IMG/VR virus record: IMGVR_UViG_3300042691_038416
Span: 1 to 64,000 of that record
DNA length: 64,000 nucleotides
Strand: one strand, 5' to 3'
Source of the DNA: a virus
The notes beneath the pieces were generated by a model that searched no databases, was not told the DNA's origin, and saw only the letters and a list, made by a program, of their open reading frames with translations. A program made the translations under genes and the position numbers. Below are positions 28,674-38,022 of the stretch, piece by piece (the first letter of the stretch is position 1; every line of letters starts with the position of its first letter).

Positions 28674-29185
28674 TATGTTATAGGGGGTATTTCTTCAGTA
28701 GGTTCTTCAATTGGTTCCTCATCAGCTGGGGCTTCTGGAGCTGTCTCAGGAGCTGCTGATTCTTCAGGAGCTGATTTTTCTGGTGTTGGTTTAGCACCGT
28801 AAGATAAAATTCTAGCAATTGCTTCTATACAATTTTGCTCTTCACTTAAATTTAATAAGTAATATTTTTTACCTTCAACTTTAGCAATCCAAGTTCTGTC
28901 AGTATATATAAGATAAAATACTTGATCATTACCTAATATAATACGGAATGTAGTAGGGCGTGGTGCTACCCATTCAATATCTTTTAAAAATAATTCATAC
29001 TGATCTGTTAAAATTTTAACAATAGTATCTTTAAGAGTAGGGAATTTAACTAATACTGGAAATCTCTCATTATCTAATGAGACCACAGAAGGACTATCTA
29101 AATCCACCTCAGTTGATTTAGCGGTACTTGAGTAGACTTTTTTTACTAAATCTTTAATTTTATTTTTTAATTCGTCTTTAGTCAT
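28673..29185 (-). CDS. Hypothetical protein
   Basis: ELKNKIKDLV tag; acidic Pro-rich tail. Confidence 0.55.
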   Translation of the reverse strand: MTKDELKNKIKDLVKKVYSSTAKSTEVDLDSPSVVSLDNERFPVLVKFPTLKDTIVKILTDQYELFLKDIEWVAPRPTTFRIILGNDQVFYLIYTDRTWIAKVEGKKYYLLNLSEEQNCIEAIARILSYGAKPTPEKSAPEESAAPETAPEAPADEEPIEEPTEEIPPIT

Positions 29186-29570
29186 TTGATATAGATACTA
29201 TACGATTATAATCACTCATAGTAAGAGTTTTACCTTCTTTAGATAATGCTATAATATTTTCAGCTACTTTATGCAAATCCATATCAGTTTGAGCATCTTC
29301 TTTAGAATACTCTAATAAACGAATTAATAATGGAATATCCAATGTTGCTTTATCTGTTGGATTACTTGGACCCATTAGCGCTTTTCTAACAGCTTCTTTA
29401 ATTCGTTGTTTATTTTCTTTCATAGCAGTAGATTCAGCTCTTTTAAACGCAGCACCAGTCATTACTTTTTCAGCATCAGCGCCATATTTATCAATCCAAG
29501 ACTTTTTATTTGCCTTATATTGATTGAAGAACTGTTTTTGTAAAGCTAATATACGTGGTGTTGGTTTCAT
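29178..29570 (-). CDS. Hypothetical protein
   Basis: Internal RIKEAVRKAL tag; LDIPLLIRLLEY module. Confidence 0.55.
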   Translation of the reverse strand: MKPTPRILALQKQFFNQYKANKKSWIDKYGADAEKVMTGAAFKRAESTAMKENKQRIKEAVRKALMGPSNPTDKATLDIPLLIRLLEYSKEDAQTDMDLHKVAENIIALSKEGKTLTMSDYNRIVSISND

Positions 29571-29743
29571 TATTTTACTTTTGCTTCAGCAACTGAGGCT
29601 TTATTGTAAGCTGATATAAGTTTCTTTAATTCACTTAATGCTTTACGAGCTCTTCCTTTAGCTGCTTTAGTTGTGTCTTCGTGATTAGTTTTTGCGGTTT
29701 CATATAACCCACTAATTTGTTCAAATAGTTCTTGACTGTTCAT
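29570..29743 (-). CDS. Histone H1-like (Hc1-family) small basic protein
   Basis: Not in ORF track. 57 aa MNSQELFEQISGLYETAKTNHEDTTKAAKGRARKALSELKKLISAYNKASVAEAKVK; KAAxxRARKAxxEL motif as in Bacteroidota Hc1-like proteins. Confidence 0.7.
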   Translation of the reverse strand: MNSQELFEQISGLYETAKTNHEDTTKAAKGRARKALSELKKLISAYNKASVAEAKVK

Positions 29744-29781
29744 AATTTTTATTTTTTAATTGTTTATAAATTTTATTTTAA

Positions 29782-30372
29782 TTAGAATCTAGTTTCTAAA
29801 TCATCAATAATTGATCCAGCCATACTTGTGAAATCAATATTGTTATTGTTTTTACCCATATTCCAAACATGTTGTAATGCAATTTTCATATATTCTACTT
29901 TATCTGAAGAATTATCATCATCTAACATTTCCTCTAATGATTCGGCTACAGCTTGTTGTCCTACTACTTGTGTTCTAACTAACATAGTAATAGTATTACC
30001 AATTTGGTTGGTTAATTTTTCATCACCTAATGCTTTAGCATTTGCTAATGCTTTACTTAAAGCGTCTTGAATAGCTTTAACTTTAGGATCAATATCAATT
30101 TCATTAGATACCTCAGGAGACATAGTATCAGTTGGCATTTCCATACCAGTGTCTACAGTTGGTTCTTCAGTATCCATACTCATATCTAATTCTACTGAGT
30201 CATCTTGTGGAGCTACATCTTTTTTCTTTTTCTTAGCTTCACCTAATGAAGAATGTATGATTTCTTTAATTTTATCTCTAAGTGTAGATTCAGTTAAAGT
30301 ATGAGGAGTTTCGCTTTCAATGATTATTTTACCGAAAGCTAACTTTTGCATTTTTTCATATTGGTTGTTCAT
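29782..30372 (-). CDS. Putative internal head protein
   Basis: MQKLAF; LTE..LRDKIKEII...LGE tags; GDEKLTNQIGNTIT module; late motif upstream. Confidence 0.5.
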   Translation of the reverse strand: MNNQYEKMQKLAFGKIIIESETPHTLTESTLRDKIKEIIHSSLGEAKKKKKDVAPQDDSVELDMSMDTEEPTVDTGMEMPTDTMSPEVSNEIDIDPKVKAIQDALSKALANAKALGDEKLTNQIGNTITMLVRTQVVGQQAVAESLEEMLDDDNSSDKVEYMKIALQHVWNMGKNNNNIDFTSMAGSIIDDLETRF

Positions 30373-30404
30373 TTGAGTATATTTTGTTATAAATATTAAT
30401 GATT

Positions 30405-31046
30405 TTAATTAGATTTTATTTTTTTATCATGAAGGTAATCAGTTAATATACTACCAATAGCTCCAATTTTTTGTCTAACTAAAATCCAATCATCTAATGT
30501 TAATTGATATTTGTTTTCATAATATGACATAGCTAGTACACCAATAAAATTATCATTTAAATCATGGATAGCTAATAAATAAAAAGATTTAGTACTATAT
30601 TCTTTTTCATTAATAGGAAAAAGACCACAATCTGTATCACTTTTACTTGTGTCTGGTATAGCTATTTCACCTTCTTTGTATAGAGTTGAAAATGTTTTAG
30701 GGAATAAAGAAACTGGGATGTTTTGAAATGTTTCTTTAATTGATGGGGTATTACTTGTAGTACGTTCATAGAATATACTAAATTTTTTAATAGATTTACC
30801 TGTTGGGTAAAAATTACCTCCATTATGAAATTGAGAAATACATATTCTATCACAACCTAATTCCTCCATAAGTTGTTCAATTTGTAAATCTACCTTTTCA
30901 TCTTTAATAATAGATTCACCTAAAATATCCCTACTATTTTTTTGAAAAAACTTTAATTTTATCCATTCTAAAATAGTTGGTCCTATTATAGATGTTATCA
31001 AAGCTGTTATAATAGCTACCATTACTGGTATTGGTAAATTACTCAT
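30405..31046 (-). CDS. Membrane protein with GAF-like domain (T4 holin T-like architecture)
   Basis: N-terminal TM helix, then DRICISQFHNGG...IHDLNDNFIGVL GAF-like pattern. Confidence 0.5.
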   Translation of the reverse strand: MSNLPIPVMVAIITALITSIIGPTILEWIKLKFFQKNSRDILGESIIKDEKVDLQIEQLMEELGCDRICISQFHNGGNFYPTGKSIKKFSIFYERTTSNTPSIKETFQNIPVSLFPKTFSTLYKEGEIAIPDTSKSDTDCGLFPINEKEYSTKSFYLLAIHDLNDNFIGVLAMSYYENKYQLTLDDWILVRQKIGAIGSILTDYLHDKKIKSN

Positions 31047-31050
31047 AAGT

Positions 31051-31620
31051 TTACTTTTTCAGATTTTGTAAATATTTAATTGTTTCCTCTTTGTTTTCCA
31101 ACAACTTTTTCTTTGAAGAACCAACCCATTTTTCTACATCACCTGCTTCAGTGATAAAAGATTCATTTGAGCTATTTATAATTTCATCCATCCAAGTACT
31201 ATAATCTCCGATAATATGATCTAAATCAGAGTTAATAATATTTTTCTCGTATTCTTCCCACAAACCCAATTTACGAATGTCAGTTTCAAATTCTACCTGA
31301 CAATTAAAACATCTTTTATATTGAATATAAAATAACTTATCATATTTATTTTTCATTAAATTAGAGCAGCAAGGACAAAATAGTGGAAGGGTAACTTCCT
31401 TCTTTGCCTTATCTAATTTAGTAATATTTTGCTTTATACCGTTTTTGATGGTCCACTGTCTTCCATCTTCTTCCCATATATCACCTTCCTCATGAAACTC
31501 TTGTTTTTTACTATAACCTACACCACCAATAGTTCTTTCACCTTGTTTACCTGTCATTAGGTTACGAAGACGCTGAACATCAGCTGATTTAAAATCTTTT
31601 TTTAAAACGTTTTCAGACAT
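31051..31620 (-). CDS. Hypothetical zinc-finger protein
   Basis: CPCC...CFNC. Confidence 0.6.
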   Translation of the reverse strand: MSENVLKKDFKSADVQRLRNLMTGKQGERTIGGVGYSKKQEFHEEGDIWEEDGRQWTIKNGIKQNITKLDKAKKEVTLPLFCPCCSNLMKNKYDKLFYIQYKRCFNCQVEFETDIRKLGLWEEYEKNIINSDLDHIIGDYSTWMDEIINSSNESFITEAGDVEKWVGSSKKKLLENKEETIKYLQNLKK

Positions 31621-31621
31621 A

Positions 31622-32146
31622 TTATTTTAGTAACTTTTTGATTTCTTCTTTAACTAATTTTTTAAGTTCACTCATTGATTCTTCACTCTTTAAATCAAAA
31701 TCTAGACCAGCATTATCCATAACAGTACCAATAATTTTTTCAGTTACTTTTTTAGTTGGATTACCAGTTGATGGAAATACTAAAGTATCTCCTACTATTT
31801 TCCATTTTAATAAACTAGGTTTAGATGACAAAGTCTTAATAAAAGCATCAATAGCAGCTTTAGTTTTTACTGGGAATGGTTTACCTCTTTCTTTTTCTGC
31901 TTTTTTCTTAGCAAAGGGTTGACTAGGTCCAAAATGATCAGTTACTGCTTTTTCAATATCCGCTTTAGTATTTCTTACATTAGAAACATAAGCTCCATAG
32001 TTATCTATTTTTTCTAAAGCAGCTACAGCATCTTTAACTGTACCACCTAGAGGTGTAAGTACTAAGTCATAAGTTAATTTTTCCTTATTACTTTTTTCTT
32101 CACCACCTTCTTCTTGTTCTACTAACTTATATTTAAATTTATTCAT
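31622..32146 (-). CDS. Putative internal head protein
   Basis: C-terminal ELKKLVKEEIKK tag. Confidence 0.5.
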   Translation of the reverse strand: MNKFKYKLVEQEEGGEEKSNKEKLTYDLVLTPLGGTVKDAVAALEKIDNYGAYVSNVRNTKADIEKAVTDHFGPSQPFAKKKAEKERGKPFPVKTKAAIDAFIKTLSSKPSLLKWKIVGDTLVFPSTGNPTKKVTEKIIGTVMDNAGLDFDLKSEESMSELKKLVKEEIKKLLK

Positions 32147-32673
32147 AGTCCTAGTTTTTCTAATTCATTTATTACTTGCCCAGTTGATGTATATAATATA
32201 CCTATACCACCTGCTACTTTCCATTCGTCTATATTTTTAGGTAAATCGTCAATAAGAATAGATTTACCTGAAGCATAATCTTTTTTATTTTCTCTTTTAG
32301 ATAAAATTAATCTGGTTCCAGGTAAATTTTCTTGAACCCATAATTTTTTACCATAGCGAGATGAATAATCAGATGAAGGAGCTGATAGTAATGATGGTTT
32401 ATATTTTGATATATAACTCCATAATTGTTTACCTCCAGATGTCCATGGCATTTTAGACCAAAACTGTTCACCTACTTTAGTGATTAGTTCCCAAAACTTT
32501 TTAGTACCAAATCTAGTTTCATACTCATTAGGAGACATACCTCCAAACTGTTCAAAACGTCTATTAAAATCACATAGTACACCATCCATATCACAATATA
32601 TTTTATATTGTGCTACTTGAGCTGCTTGTTCTTCTTCTCTTAACTGTTTATATATATTTGTTAATTTATACAT
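32143..32673 (-). CDS. HAD-family 5'(3')-nucleotidase (NT5C-like)
   Basis: IYCDMDGVL motif I, LSA motif II, K...LIDD motifs III/IV. Confidence 0.85.
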   Translation of the reverse strand: MYKLTNIYKQLREEEQAAQVAQYKIYCDMDGVLCDFNRRFEQFGGMSPNEYETRFGTKKFWELITKVGEQFWSKMPWTSGGKQLWSYISKYKPSLLSAPSSDYSSRYGKKLWVQENLPGTRLILSKRENKKDYASGKSILIDDLPKNIDEWKVAGGIGILYTSTGQVINELEKLGL

Positions 32674-34807
32674 TCTTAATTGAATCTTCCCAATTTCTAA
32701 AAATTATATTTCCGTTAAGGTAGGCTTCTTTTTCCAACTCTTGTAAGTTAGAATCCTCATTAGTATTAGTAGTGTTAACATTATTTAATCTACCTTCATT
32801 ATCTTGAATACGATGAATCATTTCATGTGAGTAAGAACGCAACACATCTTTTGGATGACGATTTAAAGTATATAAAGTAATTGAACATTCATTAGGATTA
32901 TAATATGCGGTTTTACCTAAAATATTTTCAGCGTTTTTTACATCACTATTTATTATTTTTAATTTAGGTAAAGGTGATATATTTAAACCTTGATCCATCA
33001 TATATTTAGTTAATGATGCTAAAGCACTTTTAAAATCAGTTGGTTGAGAATGCATACAACCACAATTTTCATTTAACTCAATTTTAGGATCTGGAGTCTG
33101 GAAATCCTTTTTACGCATTATAGTTTTAGCTATAATTTTATCAGACATTTGAACTAATGGAATATTGATATTAGTCCTATTATCTGATGCTACTACTTCT
33201 CTGTATTTAGTAAGGAAATCATTTAATTCATTTTTCTTACGAGCTAAACGTTTAAAAAATCCAATAAGTTCAGCTGGTGAGATAGGTTTGATATTTCTAG
33301 GATCATTTAATCTATCAAAGAAATGTTTAGTAAAATCAACATCTACAGGTGATAATTCCTTATCAGCATATGCTTCAACTGATTTAAGATCAGCTTGAGA
33401 CATTTCTTCTTGAATATTAAATATTTTCTTAATTTTTTCTTGAGGTATTCCAGCTGGTAGAAATTTAGATATATCTTGTTCAGGCTGTAATGCTTGTCTA
33501 AAATCTGTGGCGTTTATATTTTCACCTTGAGATACAGTTGTTCCACCATCAAATACTTTAGCATTCATATAACGAGGATCATTACCTACTTTCACATATC
33601 TATCTTCTTCTCCTTTACCATATACAGCTATATAATTGTTATTTTGATTAGCTTCTATAGTATCTAAAACATATTTTACAGGTGAACCCTGAATAATTTT
33701 AATATCTAATTTTCCGCCTAATAATGTATTATATAGTTCCCAAATAGCTTTACTTTGTTCAGCAGTAACACCCTCAACTGGTTTAGCTGAGATTAGGATT
33801 TCTATTTTATCTGCTATATTAAGTAATTTTTTAGCTACTTCAAAATGTCCTTTATGAGGTGGTTTAAATTTACCTGGGTATAAAGCAATTATTGGATTTG
33901 ATTCTTGTTCAAATAATAATGGTAAAAGTAATGCTCTAGTTAAAGCATTAGCTTCTAATAAACTATCAACAGAATTTAAAGCTGCTTGTTTATTATCACC
34001 TTTAGGTGTATTAACTTCACCACTTTTAATAGATACCATTGATTTAAAAATACCTTTTACTCTATTTTTAGAACGAGGATTTTTTAAATTAGTAGATAAA
34101 TCTTTTAATAATGTTTTAAAATCAGCGTCTATATTATAATTTGTAAATAATTTTTTAACATCATTCCAATTAGATGATTTCCAAACATCTGTTCTTTCAG
34201 TTTCTTTAAAATTATCTAAAGTAACAATACGTAATGTTAAAGCTTGACTTGATAAATTAAATTCATATTCTTGATTAGGTTCTAAAGCAGGTACATTTTT
34301 AATACCTAAACGAGCAAATATTTCTTTAGGATCTTCTTCTAAACATATTACTTTAGTTAAACCTAATAATAAACCCTGTACCTCAGCTGGATAATCTAAA
34401 AATGTATTTTTAAATGTAGATTCTTCTTCACTAATAGATACAATATTATCTATTTGAACAAATTCACCAGGCATTCCTACTATCGGATATAATATAGTCA
34501 CTAATTCTCCACTACTAAGAGATTTCTTACCTTTATATTTATCACTTTTAAATGGTACAATTACTGAGTCAGGTTGAGAAGCAAAAAATTTAGCTAAATC
34601 TTGTTTAATTATTTTTTTATCTTCACCTTCTAATTGTACAATTAAGTCAATATCACCAAAATCTTGTTTTGTTCCTGCGTTGTATGAGCCAGTAATTTTA
34701 GCTGATTTAAAGCCAGAAAATTTAGATAATACTTTTTCAATATAATCTTTAACTGTATTCTCAACAGCTGCTCTAGATATTCTATTTCCTCCTGCTGAAC
34801 CTGACAT
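32666..34807 (-). CDS. Multidomain protein: Pol-beta nucleotidyltransferase + HIGH-type nucleotidyltransferase + putative RNase-like domain + HExxH domain
   Basis: GS...GDID...QID; YPGKFKPPHKGH (~aa 318) with INATDFR; HFFDRLNDPR...KTIMRK; HEMIH (~aa 661) with EKEAY. Confidence 0.7.
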   Translation of the reverse strand: MSGSAGGNRISRAAVENTVKDYIEKVLSKFSGFKSAKITGSYNAGTKQDFGDIDLIVQLEGEDKKIIKQDLAKFFASQPDSVIVPFKSDKYKGKKSLSSGELVTILYPIVGMPGEFVQIDNIVSISEEESTFKNTFLDYPAEVQGLLLGLTKVICLEEDPKEIFARLGIKNVPALEPNQEYEFNLSSQALTLRIVTLDNFKETERTDVWKSSNWNDVKKLFTNYNIDADFKTLLKDLSTNLKNPRSKNRVKGIFKSMVSIKSGEVNTPKGDNKQAALNSVDSLLEANALTRALLLPLLFEQESNPIIALYPGKFKPPHKGHFEVAKKLLNIADKIEILISAKPVEGVTAEQSKAIWELYNTLLGGKLDIKIIQGSPVKYVLDTIEANQNNNYIAVYGKGEEDRYVKVGNDPRYMNAKVFDGGTTVSQGENINATDFRQALQPEQDISKFLPAGIPQEKIKKIFNIQEEMSQADLKSVEAYADKELSPVDVDFTKHFFDRLNDPRNIKPISPAELIGFFKRLARKKNELNDFLTKYREVVASDNRTNINIPLVQMSDKIIAKTIMRKKDFQTPDPKIELNENCGCMHSQPTDFKSALASLTKYMMDQGLNISPLPKLKIINSDVKNAENILGKTAYYNPNECSITLYTLNRHPKDVLRSYSHEMIHRIQDNEGRLNNVNTTNTNEDSNLQELEKEAYLNGNIIFRNWEDSIKNV

Positions 34808-35769
34808 TACGCTGTTTTATATTTAGATAAGTTAGAATTGTCTGGTAGAAATTTACCTTTAAGGCCTAAACGATCTTGATTTTTAATCCAATAGTCTTGT
34901 AAATCATTTGGAATATCAGCTCTAGTTGAGTCTAAAATTCTTAAATATGTATCAAACACTCTATTCAATTTATCTTCAGGTAAATTCTTTTTAATATAAT
35001 CCATTAATTCAAAATAGTCATTTAGAATATCTTGAGTTAAATTAATGTTAAATCCTTTATTTAAAGCTTGTAATGCTTCTTGAGGACTAGTAGCTACTAT
35101 CTCACCAGTACTTTTTAATTTTACTCCTGTACCGTGACTGAAAGTCATATCTAATGCCTGGAATAAAGCTACCATTAATTGAGTTCTATGTAAACCTTTA
35201 ACATTATCTTTGTAAGTATTAGAATAGTAACTAAAATTTAACCAATCTATATTACCTACGTTAATATCAATTTGAACTGCTTTATCTTCTATTTGCTCAC
35301 CATTCTCATTAAACTGAGGGAAATTACAAAATATGGATCCGTTAGCAGTTGATTTATTATCAGTTTCCATAAACTCAGATTTTTCTTCCATGTTAGTAGA
35401 TACTAACTCTAACATGGCTCTAAGTTTACTTTGAGCCTCAGTTGCGCTTTTAGCTCTTTTTCTTATTTTTTCATAAGTAGCATTAAACTCATCAGAATTA
35501 ATATTCCAATCAGATAATAATGGTTCACCATCTTTAATAAAATGATCAACACTAAAACCTAAATCAATATCACCAGACTCGTCTTTTTTACCGACTGAGC
35601 CTAAAGTACTAAAGTCAAATTTTACTTTAGGATATATCTTTTTTAATTCCGCTACAAATTTTTCTAATGTAGGTTTAATATATTCTTTTTTTATACTAGA
35701 TGTGGTACCGAATACGTTACCTCCTTCATCAAGATATATTTCCCTTAAAAGACTGATTAAAGATACCAT
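34807..35769 (-). CDS. Pol-beta superfamily nucleotidyltransferase
   Basis: LGSVGKKDESGDIDL and VQID; paralogous to the N-terminal domain of 32666..34807. Confidence 0.75.
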   Translation of the reverse strand: MVSLISLLREIYLDEGGNVFGTTSSIKKEYIKPTLEKFVAELKKIYPKVKFDFSTLGSVGKKDESGDIDLGFSVDHFIKDGEPLLSDWNINSDEFNATYEKIRKRAKSATEAQSKLRAMLELVSTNMEEKSEFMETDNKSTANGSIFCNFPQFNENGEQIEDKAVQIDINVGNIDWLNFSYYSNTYKDNVKGLHRTQLMVALFQALDMTFSHGTGVKLKSTGEIVATSPQEALQALNKGFNINLTQDILNDYFELMDYIKKNLPEDKLNRVFDTYLRILDSTRADIPNDLQDYWIKNQDRLGLKGKFLPDNSNLSKYKTA

Positions 35770-35792
35770 TAAATATTTTTGTCATAAATATG

Positions 35793-36587
35793 TTAAGTAC
35801 CCGGAACAATTTGAATTTCAGTGGGAAACTGTTCATTTGATGCCTTTGGCTCAGGATGTTCTAGTTTATATAACTCATGTATATATCCAAATAATTTTAA
35901 ATTTTCTTCAATAGATTTTGTAGGTTCATATAATTCCCATCCTTTACCTTGAATTTTTTCACCTTTTTTATCTTCACCGCGTTTTGATGATTTTAACCAT
36001 AATATTCCTATATGATCAATTTTTTCTTCATATAACTCATTCCATGCTTGAGCATAAGCGGCTAATTGTAGATCATAACTAGTATGTAATGAATTTGATG
36101 TTTTAATATCTAATAACCATCTTTTACCATCTATTTCTACTACTAAATCACAAGTACCAGCGTAAGTATATATATCTGAGAATAAATGGATTTCACTTTC
36201 AATTAATGTTGGTTTATATGTTGTCCAAAAATCATGGAATTTTAAAATCATTTTCCATACTTCTAAAGAATATTTAGAGTATCCATTTTCATCAACCCAT
36301 ACTATTTTTTCACCAGTTAAATATCTTTCAATAGCATCATGTACCTGTGTTCCTTCGTCAGCGGCTTTTCTAGCTATAATATCTGCATTATGTCCTACAT
36401 CTTTTAACCAGTTTTCAAAAAACTTATTTTTGGGCATATATTGTAATATACTAGTCACAGAAGGATATAATTTATTTTCTCGACTGTAATATCTGGTATC
36501 TAAAATATTAACTCGTTTAGATTCAGAATCTATTTTTACTAATCTTGTAACACTTTTTTTATGTACATTCACATTTTTTTCTATCAT
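35793..36587 (-). CDS. PD-(D/E)XK exonuclease (Cas4/RecB-like)
   Basis: PSVTSIL, GTQVH, AGTCDL, DIKTS, QLAAY. Confidence 0.85.
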   Translation of the reverse strand: MIEKNVNVHKKSVTRLVKIDSESKRVNILDTRYYSRENKLYPSVTSILQYMPKNKFFENWLKDVGHNADIIARKAADEGTQVHDAIERYLTGEKIVWVDENGYSKYSLEVWKMILKFHDFWTTYKPTLIESEIHLFSDIYTYAGTCDLVVEIDGKRWLLDIKTSNSLHTSYDLQLAAYAQAWNELYEEKIDHIGILWLKSSKRGEDKKGEKIQGKGWELYEPTKSIEENLKLFGYIHELYKLEHPEPKASNEQFPTEIQIVPGT

Positions 36588-37516
36588 ATAATTTGTAGTT
36601 TTTTCTCAAGTAAATTTGAGAATGTTAGTGGTAAAGTGTTTTGAATTAAATTAGTAAATTTCTCAAACCCCATTTCACTAGGATCTTTATCTTCAAGATT
36701 CACCAAATAAACCTCTTTACCTTCGTTCATTAGTGTTTCACAAAAATTTAACGCCTGTTTAATAGCGTCTTTATCTAAGGCAATATATATTTTTTCAACT
36801 GATGAGTTGAGGATTTTCTTCATTAAGCTCTTCTGTATTGTTTTACCTAATAATGGTATAGCATTACGTTTAATAGTAATAGCATCAAACATGCCTTCAC
36901 ATAAAATAATAGGTACATTCCAATTAATAAAATGCTCTAAACCAATGATATCTCTAGCTACATCAGGATTTTTATATTTAATAGGTGAGTTTTTATCGAA
37001 GTTTCTTGCGGTAAAATAATTGAGATTTCCATTCTCACCATATGAGGGAATAATAATCATATTAGAGAATAAACCAAATTCACAATAACCTATATTATAC
37101 TTAATTATATCTTCTTTAGTAATACCTCTATTTTTAAGATATGTTATAGCTTTTTTAGCGGTTAAACTGTTTAATTGGGCGTTAGTTAATGGTATAAACT
37201 CTTTAGGTAACTCTGCTTTTTTATTATCAATAATTTCAACTTGTTTACCATCAGTTTTTACTAACAGTTTTAACTGGTTGATTTTATCTTGATCTACCTC
37301 TATCTTTTTAAATAATATAGTTAATTTTTTACCTTTAAATCCACATACCCAGCACTGATAAAATTGGAAATGAGGTGATGTTTCATTTAGGTTAATTTCT
37401 AGTTTTAATTTATGATGTTTGCATTCAGGGCAATGGTATGCTCTATTACCTTTAGATGTAGACTTACCTTTACCTAAGACAGAATCAATTAAGAATACTA
37501 GAGCATTATTAGTCAT
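36584..37516 (-). CDS. dnaG: DNA primase (Zn finger + TOPRIM)
   Basis: CPEC...CWVC; LCEGMFDA; ALDKDA; KDPSE. Confidence 0.88.
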   Translation of the reverse strand: MTNNALVFLIDSVLGKGKSTSKGNRAYHCPECKHHKLKLEINLNETSPHFQFYQCWVCGFKGKKLTILFKKIEVDQDKINQLKLLVKTDGKQVEIIDNKKAELPKEFIPLTNAQLNSLTAKKAITYLKNRGITKEDIIKYNIGYCEFGLFSNMIIIPSYGENGNLNYFTARNFDKNSPIKYKNPDVARDIIGLEHFINWNVPIILCEGMFDAITIKRNAIPLLGKTIQKSLMKKILNSSVEKIYIALDKDAIKQALNFCETLMNEGKEVYLVNLEDKDPSEMGFEKFTNLIQNTLPLTFSNLLEKKLQII

Positions 37517-37554
37517 GTTTACTAATATATGAAATTATATTCTATAAGCCAAGC

Positions 37555-38019
37555 TTAGCTTAAAAAATCTTTTGTAAAAAATTTACCTAATATATTATCG
37601 TTAAAATAATAATCTGGATTTTCTAGGACACCTAATGTAAATAACACTTTGGTCTCATAGTATGTTAATAATTTTTTATTAGGAACAATAATCAATATTT
37701 CACGAGTGAACTCATCTTCTTTACCTTCCTTAACCATCTCAAGAATAGGTTTAGCAGAACCATGATATTTTAACCAATCTGATTCTTTTTGTACTTTTTT
37801 AGAAGTAGATTTACGGCCAGGACCTGATTGTTCAGCTAATTCTTTTTTAGTAAGTTTTTTAGTTAAATTGTGGTATAAAGCTTTTTTACCAACATATGCT
37901 TTACCTGTGGGAGTATGAGTAACTATATAAATAAAACCATACATTCCTTCAGGAAAATCTTCTAGTGAATTATATTCTTTAATAACATCATCAGATATTT
38001 GAGAAAACCATTTATTCAT
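37555..38019 (-). CDS. GIY-YIG endonuclease-like protein
   Basis: GFIYIV...YVGKK; YHGS; YYE; FNDNI. Confidence 0.75.
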   Translation of the reverse strand: MNKWFSQISDDVIKEYNSLEDFPEGMYGFIYIVTHTPTGKAYVGKKALYHNLTKKLTKKELAEQSGPGRKSTSKKVQKESDWLKYHGSAKPILEMVKEGKEDEFTREILIIVPNKKLLTYYETKVLFTLGVLENPDYYFNDNILGKFFTKDFLS

Positions 38020-38022
38020 AAA

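Noticed and set aside
35793-36587. Cas4-like nuclease as evidence of a CRISPR system
   Set aside because: Stand-alone exonuclease beside primase, without the Fe-S cysteines; ordinary phage replication gene
37555-38019. GIY-YIG gene as an intron-encoded or mobile element
   Set aside because: Free-standing between intact genes; no split host gene or intron structure seen
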